This document shows, piece after piece, positions 56,719 to 64,000 of a stretch of DNA of 64,000 nucleotides. Within the stretch, counting starts at the first letter, position 1. Each line of letters opens with the position of its first letter. Both the position numbers and the translations under genes were made by a program. Source of the stretch: Acidobacteriota bacterium (GTDB taxonomy: Bacteria; Acidobacteriota; Blastocatellia; Pyrinomonadales; Pyrinomonadaceae); NCBI GenBank assembly GCA_016700075.1, contig CP065000.1:3124812-3188811 (forward strand), written 5' to 3'. The notes below the pieces were generated by a model. It searched no databases and was not told the origin of the DNA. It worked only from the letters and a program-made list of their open reading frames with translations.

Positions 56719-59256
56719 TCAATTCTTAAGCTCAGCAATTGTAGCGCCGTTTCCGCCCTCGCGGTCGGGTGCGGGACCGTATTTTTCGACGTGCGGGTGG
56801 CCGTTGAGAAAGTGACGGACGAAGTTCTTCAGAGCTCCGGTACCGTGGCCGTGGATGATGCGGATACGCCCCTGCGATGCCATGTAGGCTTCGTCGAGGA
56901 AACGGTCGAGTTCGTATTCTGCCTCGGCGGTTGTCATGCCGATGAGGTTGAGTTCAACGGCAACTTCAGGAGCATCGATGGGCCTTGAGATGCCTGAATT
57001 CCGCGGCCGGCCCTTGCCGACGTGCGGGCTACTGACAGGGGCCTTGCCGCCCGCTGACGCAGGCGGTTCTGACAGGCGTAGGTCGGCGAGTTTTTCGCGG
57101 AGACGCATCCCGCCGACGAGGACCTCGGCGACATCTTTATCCATCCGTTCGATGACGCCGATGTTTCCGAAGGAGGTGATGACATGCGAACCGACGGTAA
57201 TAGTGTCTTGATCACCTTGAGCGTTCTCGTTCGAAGATGAGCCCTTACTTACGTGCGGGCTACGGACACTCGGGCCGCCGACAGCCTGACCACTGGCCTT
57301 GGCTATTACCGCTCTGTTCAACTCGGCTTTGCGGGCGAGACGGTCTTTATCGAGTTTGTTCCTAAGGGCCTTGTCTTCGATAGTTTTCAGGAACGCTCTT
57401 GATTGGCGGTCGAAATCTTCTACCGTCTGGGCAAGTGCGGCCTCGAATTCACGCTGACGCGTCTTTTCGCGTTTTGCGGCGTCCTTTTCGAGCGATGCGA
57501 ACTTGTCGGCGACGACCTCGCGTTCTTCTTCGAGCGCGATGCGGAGGTCTTCGGCCTGACGCGTCTCTGTTTGCAGCCGGCGGAGGTAATTTTCCGCTTC
57601 CTGTGCCGCGGTGTCGAGATTCTCGCGTGCGGCGTCTATGACATTGTCCGCTATGCCGAACCGCCTCGCTATCTCCAAGCCTGACGAAGCTCCGGCGATG
57701 CCGATCATCAGTTTGTAGGTCGGCTTAAGCGTCTTTTCATCAAATTCGACCGACGCATTTATTACGCCGGGGTCGTTGGCGGCGTACATTTTCAGCCCGC
57801 GATAATGTGTCGAAGCGATGACTTGAGCTCCTTTCCGGCGAAAATGGTCAACTATTGCGACGCCGAGCGCAGAGCCTTCTTCAGGGTCGGTGCCGGTGCC
57901 GGCCTCGTCGAGCAGGACGAGCGAGGGCGGTTCACAATCACGAAGCATACCGGCGATGTTCGACATATGCGAGGAAAATGTAGAAAGATTCGCACTCAAC
58001 GATTGATGGTCGCCGATGTCAGCGAGTATCGAACGGTAAAAGGGAACCTTCGCCGCCGAGGCAGGCACGGGCAGGCCGGAAATTGCCATCATGCTGAGAA
58101 GTCCGGCGGTCTTCAGAACGACGGTCTTTCCGCCGGCGTTCGCACCGGAGATTATCATGACCGAGCGGTCGGAAGATAATCCAATTGACGACGGGACAAT
58201 TTCTTGCGGGAGAACCACCCCGTCATCAACGTCGGAAACCGACGTTGATGCCACCCCTCGTTCTGGCGTTACAGTCCCGCCAGTGCCTTCGGACGCGTAA
58301 GGAGGGGAGCCTGCACGAATGCCGTGCTCAAGCAGAGGATGGCGAGCGTCGATAAGTTCCAGTGTGCCGTCGTCGGAGATCTCAGGGACGACGGCTTTGA
58401 AACTTCGGGCAAATTCGAGCTTCGCCTTAACGGCGTCTAGTTCTGTTACGGCAATAACCGCCGCTTCGACCGCCGGCAGCAGCTCGCGGAGCTTTTCAGT
58501 GAGGCCGAAAAGGATTCCCGCCGTCTCGCGTTCTTCTTTGCCTTTCAGGTTCTGGAGCTCGTTGTTTGCCTCGATGGTCTCAAGCGGCTCGATATAAACG
58601 GTCGCACCGCTGGACGAAAAACCGTGTGCTACGCCACCGATCTTGCCGCGAAGATCGGTCTTTACGGGTATCACAAAGCGGTCATTGCGAACCGTTACGA
58701 TCTCATCCTGGATCGCATTGCCAGCAGCACGCATCGCGGATTCGAGTGTCTTGGTCAGTCGAGCCCGCTGTGCATTTATCTCACGGCGGAGAAGGGCAAG
58801 TTCAGGCGAGGCATCGTCGTCCAATTCGCCGCCCGGAAGTATCTTGCGTCTGATCTCGTCAACGGCTGCGGATAGTTCGCGGGGAATTGCCTCGATGAAA
58901 CTCCAAAGCGTAGGAGTATCGTCCAACTCGGGCTGTATCGCATGTTTGGCGAAAACGGCCTGTTCGCAGACGCGTGCGACATCCAGCAGCGACAGCGGAT
59001 CAAGAGCGGCATCGCGTATACGAAGCAGAGCGATCTGTTGGGCTGGGTCCTCGATGCCGCTGAACGACCAGGACACCTGTTTTTCTTCGCTCAGTTTCTC
59101 TGCCTCACGGATCGCTAAGAGGGCGCTATCCAATTCAAATCTGCCCGCAAACGGCGTGAGCTCGCGGATCTTTGCGGCACCCATCGGCGTTTGTGCCTGA
59201 CGGGCGACAAGGCCGAGCAGCCTTTCAAATTCTAATGTCGCAGCCGAGTAATTCAT
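56719..59256 (-). CDS. mutS2: endonuclease MutS2 (Smr domain)
   Basis: Walker A ISGANAGGKTVVLKT, LVLLDEAGTGTDP, C-terminal Smr LNLIGMTTAEAEYELDRFLDEA...IRIIHGHGTGALK. Confidence 0.95.
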   Translation of the reverse strand: MNYSAATLEFERLLGLVARQAQTPMGAAKIRELTPFAGRFELDSALLAIREAEKLSEEKQVSWSFSGIEDPAQQIALLRIRDAALDPLSLLDVARVCEQAVFAKHAIQPELDDTPTLWSFIEAIPRELSAAVDEIRRKILPGGELDDDASPELALLRREINAQRARLTKTLESAMRAAGNAIQDEIVTVRNDRFVIPVKTDLRGKIGGVAHGFSSSGATVYIEPLETIEANNELQNLKGKEERETAGILFGLTEKLRELLPAVEAAVIAVTELDAVKAKLEFARSFKAVVPEISDDGTLELIDARHPLLEHGIRAGSPPYASEGTGGTVTPERGVASTSVSDVDDGVVLPQEIVPSSIGLSSDRSVMIISGANAGGKTVVLKTAGLLSMMAISGLPVPASAAKVPFYRSILADIGDHQSLSANLSTFSSHMSNIAGMLRDCEPPSLVLLDEAGTGTDPEEGSALGVAIVDHFRRKGAQVIASTHYRGLKMYAANDPGVINASVEFDEKTLKPTYKLMIGIAGASSGLEIARRFGIADNVIDAARENLDTAAQEAENYLRRLQTETRQAEDLRIALEEEREVVADKFASLEKDAAKREKTRQREFEAALAQTVEDFDRQSRAFLKTIEDKALRNKLDKDRLARKAELNRAVIAKASGQAVGGPSVRSPHVSKGSSSNENAQGDQDTITVGSHVITSFGNIGVIERMDKDVAEVLVGGMRLREKLADLRLSEPPASAGGKAPVSSPHVGKGRPRNSGISRPIDAPEVAVELNLIGMTTAEAEYELDRFLDEAYMASQGRIRIIHGHGTGALKNFVRHFLNGHPHVEKYGPAPDREGGNGATIAELKN
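57045..57074. repeat. hairpin element copy 3, in frame inside mutS2
   Basis: TGCCGCC-CGCTGACGCA-GGCGGTT-CTGACA; the minus strand reads LSEPPASAGG. Confidence 0.7.
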
Positions 59257-59645
59257 TCTATGAACTTCGCTCGTATCTCAGGTGTAGGCATCATGCAGGC
59301 ATCCTTCCTCCCGAAAAGCTTGTAGCGGTGCTTTGCGAAGAGCTTATAAAAAGGATCACGTAGGGCCGCCGGCACAATGCCGAAAACACCACAGACGGAC
59401 CACACGCCCCCGAGAGCTTTTGCCATTCTGATCGCGGCTTCCGAATGGGTATAGGCCTTGTCGTCCTCGATCAAGATCACAGAATCAACATCGTCGCTGA
59501 TATTGAATCGCTCTTTCAATGCTTGCCCGGCGGGCGACTGCAGCGGTGCGAATCGAAATTTGTCGTCACGATCGCGGGCGATCAGGAAATTGACGGAGCT
59601 ATTGCAGAAGTTACAAACGCCGTCGAAAAGCACTATTCGCTGCAT
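59253..59645 (-). CDS. DCC-family thiol-disulfide oxidoreductase (DUF393)
   Basis: MQRIVLFDGVCNFCNSSVNFLIARDRDDKFRFAPLQS; 4-nt overlap with the mutS2 start. Confidence 0.85.
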   Translation of the reverse strand: MQRIVLFDGVCNFCNSSVNFLIARDRDDKFRFAPLQSPAGQALKERFNISDDVDSVILIEDDKAYTHSEAAIRMAKALGGVWSVCGVFGIVPAALRDPFYKLFAKHRYKLFGRKDACMMPTPEIRAKFIE

Positions 59646-59795
59646 CGCTTAGATGATAACGCAGACGGCGGATGTAAAGCCAAGAATGTAAGGATTTGTA
59701 AATGCATTTATCTCGGTTTTGACCGCTGAAACTTTTGTAATATGCTCTGCGTATCACGGCAAATTGAGATTGACTCTATTTACAAGTACAGAATT

Positions 59796-61484
59796 ATGAG
59801 AACAAAGCTGATCTTGGTTTTGTGTGCGGTGTTTTGTATTGCGTTCAGTTCATCGGCCTACGGCCAGAGCTACGCGATAACGAACGCCCGCATTGTTACG
59901 GTCTCGGGGGCGACGATCGAAAAGGGAACCATCGTCGTACGCGAGGGCCTGATCTTCGCGGTTGGTGCCAATGTTGCTGTTCCGGCTGATGCGATCGTGT
60001 TCGACGGCAACGGAATGACGGTCTATCCGGGCTTCATTGACGCGGTTTCCAACCTTGGGATGCCCGCTGCTCCTCAGCGTCCCGCGGGGCCCGGCGGCGG
60101 TGCTGCAGCAGCAGCTGCTGCAGCTGCGGCAGCACAGCAGGCGCCTGCGTCAAATTCGAATTACCCCGCAGGCCTGCGGCCTGAGGACATGGCGGCAGAT
60201 GATCTGCGTGCGGGCGATGCTCAATTCGAGGCTGCACGTGCGGCCGGCTTTACGTCAGCCTTGGTGACGGGCCGTTCGGGGATCTTCAACGGCCAGTCCG
60301 CCGTGATAAATCTCGCCGGCGACAACGTCTCGGGTATGATCGTACGGTCACCGTACGCTCATCACATTTCGTATGCGACCATTCCCGGCAGCTATCCCGG
60401 CTCGCTGATGGGCACGTTCTCGGCATTGCGTCAGATGTTCCTCGACGCACAGCGTCAGATGGAGATCGAAAAGATGTACGAGGCGAATCCGGCGGGGATG
60501 CGTCGGCCAACAGCTGACCGATCGCTTTCGGCTCTATACCCCGCTCTAAATCGACAGATGCCCGTTGTTTTTAATGCGGTAACGGAACGTGAGATCGTGC
60601 GGGCTTTGGATTTTATAAAGGAGTTCAACCTGCGCGGTATCATCGCCGGCGGGCATGAGGCCGGCTCCGTCGTAGACAGGCTGAAAGCCCAAAACGTGCC
60701 GGTCATCTTTTCGCTGAACCTGCCCCGCCGAACCACTTCGGCCGCGGCGGACGCTGATCCGGAAACATTAATGACACTTCGGATGCGTGCCGCTGTGCCG
60801 AAAGCTCCGGCGGAGATGAATAATGCCGGCATCAAATTCGCTTTTCAGTCGGGCGGTCTGCAGAATCTGACGGACTTTTTCGCTAACGCCGCAAAGACGA
60901 CCGAAAACGGGCTCAGCAAAGACGCCGCGATCAGGGCCATGACGCTGGGCGCCGCGGAGATCTTAGGTGTTGAAAAACAGCTCGGTTCTATCGACGTCGG
61001 CAAGATCGCAAATCTTGTTGTCGTAAAAGGCGATGTGTTCGCACGTGACCGTTTCGTCTCGCGTGTCGTAATAGACGGCAAGGTGTTCGAGTTCAAGGAA
61101 CAGCCGCGTCCGCCGCAGGGCGGTCCTAGAGGTCCCGGCGGACCGGGAGGAAATCCGGGCGGGAATCCCGGCGGCGGTGCCGGCGGGCCGAGCGTTGCGG
61201 GTACCTACAACATCACTATTAACATTCCCGGCCAGCCGCTGCCTGCGACGCTGACCATCACTCAGCAAGGGAATTCAGTGTCAGGATCAATGACATCGCA
61301 ATTGGGGACGACCGCAATGACGGGTACCATGTCGGCGGCCGGTTTTTCGATGTCGGGAGGCATTGAATTCGGCGGTGCGTCGATAACCATTGTGATGCAG
61401 GGCTCCGTCGCCGGATCGCAGATCAGCGGCAATATCGATTCGCCGCAGGGGCAGATCCCTTTTTCGGGTACGAGAAATCCGTAA
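59796..61484 (+). CDS. amidohydrolase-superfamily paralog 1 (HxH motif degenerate) with Gly/Pro linker and extra C-terminal module
   Basis: Signal peptide; ITNARIVTVSGATIEKGTIVVREG...VYPGFIDAVSNLG (V and N where H-x-H is expected); C-terminal GKIANLVVVKGD. Confidence 0.8.
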   Translation: MRTKLILVLCAVFCIAFSSSAYGQSYAITNARIVTVSGATIEKGTIVVREGLIFAVGANVAVPADAIVFDGNGMTVYPGFIDAVSNLGMPAAPQRPAGPGGGAAAAAAAAAAAQQAPASNSNYPAGLRPEDMAADDLRAGDAQFEAARAAGFTSALVTGRSGIFNGQSAVINLAGDNVSGMIVRSPYAHHISYATIPGSYPGSLMGTFSALRQMFLDAQRQMEIEKMYEANPAGMRRPTADRSLSALYPALNRQMPVVFNAVTEREIVRALDFIKEFNLRGIIAGGHEAGSVVDRLKAQNVPVIFSLNLPRRTTSAAADADPETLMTLRMRAAVPKAPAEMNNAGIKFAFQSGGLQNLTDFFANAAKTTENGLSKDAAIRAMTLGAAEILGVEKQLGSIDVGKIANLVVVKGDVFARDRFVSRVVIDGKVFEFKEQPRPPQGGPRGPGGPGGNPGGNPGGGAGGPSVAGTYNITINIPGQPLPATLTITQQGNSVSGSMTSQLGTTAMTGTMSAAGFSMSGGIEFGGASITIVMQGSVAGSQISGNIDSPQGQIPFSGTRNP

Positions 61485-61502
61485 ATCAGTAAGTTCAACG
61501 TT

Positions 61503-62909
61503 ATGAAGAAGATAACAGCTTTTCTTGTTCTAAATATCCTGCTGCTCGGCAGCCTCGGCGGAAGCGTTTCCGCGCAGGCGGCTGGCGGCAGCGTCTTGAT
61601 AAAGAATGCCACCGTAATGACCGCTATACGCGGCACTCTTGAGGGAACGGACATACTTGTCCAGAACGGCAAGATAACCCGGATCGGCAAGAATTTGTCG
61701 GCTCCGGCAGGTGTGCGAACCATCGACGCTACTGGGAAATTCGTGACGCCGGGCATCATCGACTGCCATTCGCATACGATGATGGACGCCGTTAACGAGG
61801 GCTCGTTTTCAGTGACCTCGATGACGCGCATTCGCGACGTTCTGAATCCGAAGGATATCGCCATTTATCGCGGCCTGGCAGGCGGCGTGACTGCGGCGAA
61901 TCTGCTGCACGGTTCTGCGAATTCCATCGGCGGGCAAAACTCCAGCGTCAAGTTGAAATGGGGCAAGCCCGTCGAAGATTTCCTAATTCCGGACGCACCG
62001 CCCGGCATCAAGTTCGCGATGGGCGAGAACGTCAAGCGGTCGAATTTTCAGCCTCAAGGCGGCCAACAGCAGCGTTATCCCCGGACGAGAATGGGCGTTG
62101 TGGCAGTGATGCGTGACGCGTTCCTGCGTGCGAAAGATTACAAGCAAAGCTGGGACGATTTTCGTGCGAAAAAGACAAAGGTCCCGCCGCGACGCGATCT
62201 GGAGCTTGAACCGCTTGTCGAGATACTCGAGGGCAAACGCATCGTCCATGCCCATGGCTATCGTTCAGACGAACACCTTAATCTGCTGCGTATCGCAGAT
62301 GAGTTCGGCTTCAAGATCGGAACTCTGCAGCACGGGCTCGAGGGCTACAAGATCGCTCCCGAGATCGCAAAACACGGTGCAGGCGTTTCAATATTCACGG
62401 ACAGCTGGAGCTACAAACTCGAGGCGTATGACAACACTCCGTATAACGCTTACATCATGTGGAAAGCCGGCGTGAACGTTTCGATCAACTCCGATTCGAA
62501 CGAGCGTATGCGCCGCTTAAATCTGGACGCTGCAAAAGTAATGAAATACGGCGGAGTTCCCGAGGAAGAAGCTCTGAAAATGATCACGCTGAATCCCGCG
62601 ATCCAGATGGGAATCGGAAAGCGGACCGGCTCGATCGAGGTCGGCAAGGACGGCGACCTCGTGATCTGGAACATGCATCCATTCAGCCCATATTCGCGAG
62701 TTGAGATGACGCTGATCGAAGGCGATGTTTATTTTGACCGTGCGAGCGATATCGCACGGCGTGCCGAGCTTGCACGAGAGCGTGAGGCCCTTGAAAGACT
62801 TGACCAGAATCGTCCTGCAGGAGCAGGAGCTGCCGCACCGCGACCGCCGAGCCAGTTTGAACGCGACCATCTTGATGACGCAGATCATATCGACGGAGGT
62901 ACGCGGTAA
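61503..62909 (+). CDS. amidohydrolase-superfamily paralog 2 (HxH intact)
   Basis: Signal peptide; VTPGIIDCHSHTMMD; C-terminal GSIEVGKDGDLVIWN. Confidence 0.85.
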   Translation: MKKITAFLVLNILLLGSLGGSVSAQAAGGSVLIKNATVMTAIRGTLEGTDILVQNGKITRIGKNLSAPAGVRTIDATGKFVTPGIIDCHSHTMMDAVNEGSFSVTSMTRIRDVLNPKDIAIYRGLAGGVTAANLLHGSANSIGGQNSSVKLKWGKPVEDFLIPDAPPGIKFAMGENVKRSNFQPQGGQQQRYPRTRMGVVAVMRDAFLRAKDYKQSWDDFRAKKTKVPPRRDLELEPLVEILEGKRIVHAHGYRSDEHLNLLRIADEFGFKIGTLQHGLEGYKIAPEIAKHGAGVSIFTDSWSYKLEAYDNTPYNAYIMWKAGVNVSINSDSNERMRRLNLDAAKVMKYGGVPEEEALKMITLNPAIQMGIGKRTGSIEVGKDGDLVIWNMHPFSPYSRVEMTLIEGDVYFDRASDIARRAELAREREALERLDQNRPAGAGAAAPRPPSQFERDHLDDADHIDGGTR

Positions 62910-64000
62910 TGAGGTCAAAAGGTAAGATGCAAAAGGCAAAATTCACTATATTATTGGCCTCGTCGATTATTGCAGGCTCGTTCGCGGCGAATGCGCAGAG
63001 CGACGGCTCTGAACAGAACAAGACCGGCACTCCCGGAACATTTGCTGTCGTCGGGGCAAGGATCGTTACCGTAACAGGTGCTGTGATCGAGAACGGAACG
63101 ATACTCATCCGCGACGGAAAGATCGCCGCTATCGGAACCAATGTCTCGGTGCCCTCAGGTGCCGAACGCATCGACGGAAAAGGGCTGAGCGTTTATCCGG
63201 GAATGATCGATGCTGCAACGAACATGGGGCTGACCGAGATCGGGCAGGGAGCAAATGCGACCGTAGATATTTCTGAGGTTGGCACGATGAATGCGAATGC
63301 TCGTGCGATCAAGGGCATCAATCCGCACACTTCGCATATCAATGTGACCCGCGTGAACGGCATCACGACCGTGCTTTCTCACCCGACGGGCGGGTTGATC
63401 TCGGGACAGTCTGCGATCATTAATCTTAATGGTTCGACGCAGGACGAGATGGCGGTGGTCGCCGATAACGCCCTCGTAATCAATTTCCCGCGTGTGGCAA
63501 CGGGCGGCGGTTTTGGCGGATTCGCCTTTGCACAGCAGGCCGCAGCCCCGGATGTCAACGCAGCGGTTCGCCGACGTGATGAGCAGATCGAGGAACTCAA
63601 AAAGATGTTTCGCGACGCCGAAGCTTATCTTAAAGCACGCGAGGCAAGGCAGAAGGACCCGAGCCTGCCGCTGGTCGGCATAGACCTCAAGATGGAAGCG
63701 ATGGCACCATACGTCCGCGGTCAGCGTCCGGTTCTGCTGCCCGTACAGCGTGAACGCGACATTCGGGCGGCCGTAAAGTTTGCCGAAGATATGAAGCTGA
63801 AATCCATCATCGTCGGCGGGCAGGACGCGTGGAAAGTGGCGGATGATCTGAAAAAGAACAACATCGCCGTCATTTATACGAATATCTACAGCCTGCCGGT
63901 GCAGATGGACGACCCTTACGATTACCTTTTCGAGGTGCCGTCGAAACTGAAGCAGGCCGGTGTGAAGTTCGCTATTTCGACCGGAAATGACGGTTCGGAA
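62909..64000 (+). CDS. amidohydrolase-superfamily paralog 3 (HxH degenerate), 3' end beyond the window
   Basis: Absent from the ORF track (no stop in-window). My translation is MRSKGKMQKAKFTILLASSIIAGSFAANAQ...VVGARIVTVTGAVIENGTILIRDGKIAAIG...VYPGMIDAATNMG. TAATG overlap with paralog 2; ATG 62927 is an alternative start. Confidence 0.8.
   Translation, partial: MRSKGKMQKAKFTILLASSIIAGSFAANAQSDGSEQNKTGTPGTFAVVGARIVTVTGAVIENGTILIRDGKIAAIGTNVSVPSGAERIDGKGLSVYPGMIDAATNMGLTEIGQGANATVDISEVGTMNANARAIKGINPHTSHINVTRVNGITTVLSHPTGGLISGQSAIINLNGSTQDEMAVVADNALVINFPRVATGGGFGGFAFAQQAAAPDVNAAVRRRDEQIEELKKMFRDAEAYLKAREARQKDPSLPLVGIDLKMEAMAPYVRGQRPVLLPVQRERDIRAAVKFAEDMKLKSIIVGGQDAWKVADDLKKNNIAVIYTNIYSLPVQMDDPYDYLFEVPSKLKQAGVKFAISTGNDGSE

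Overview
The window is mostly a syntenic translation-apparatus supercluster on the + strand. It runs rpsL-rpsG-fusA-tuf, then the S10/spc/alpha blocks rpsJ...rplQ (including secY-adk-map-rpmJ), then accB-accC and rpsO-pnp. Housekeeping genes flank it: xseA (partial), recA, tRNA-Phe, a glycogen debranching enzyme, glyQS, formiminotransferase-cyclodeaminase, cca, and DCC-mutS2-dnaG-rpoD. Accessory patches are: (a) a Ser/Thr kinase + secreted VWFA pair; (b) a visibly AT-richer islet at about 12.1-15.0 kb (HTH-only AraC, TAG-interrupted TlpA-like thioredoxin, Cys-rich secreted protein, VWFA protein) behind a promoter with a G10 tract in its spacer; (c) a PEP-CTERM Thr/Pro-repeat protein + PEGA-like protein; (d) three amidohydrolase paralogs, two lacking the HxH metal motif. 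The VWFA and PEP-CTERM gene types suggest an Acidobacteriota-like genome, but that is inference only. I saw no rRNA, CRISPR, transposase, phage or recognisable defence genes, and no clean novel multi-gene system. The most unusual signals are non-genic: (1) families of short-period (7- or 9-nt) inverted-repeat hairpins at nearly every cistron junction, with the 7-nt class placing stop codons in all three frames; (2) a roughly 30-nt hairpin element found once intergenically and twice in frame inside genes (EamA C-terminus, mutS2 linker); (3) shared acidic Ala/Glu-rich extensions on L4, L22 and S17; (4) the candidate phase-variable promoter. All calls rest on reading the sequence and translations; no searches were run.
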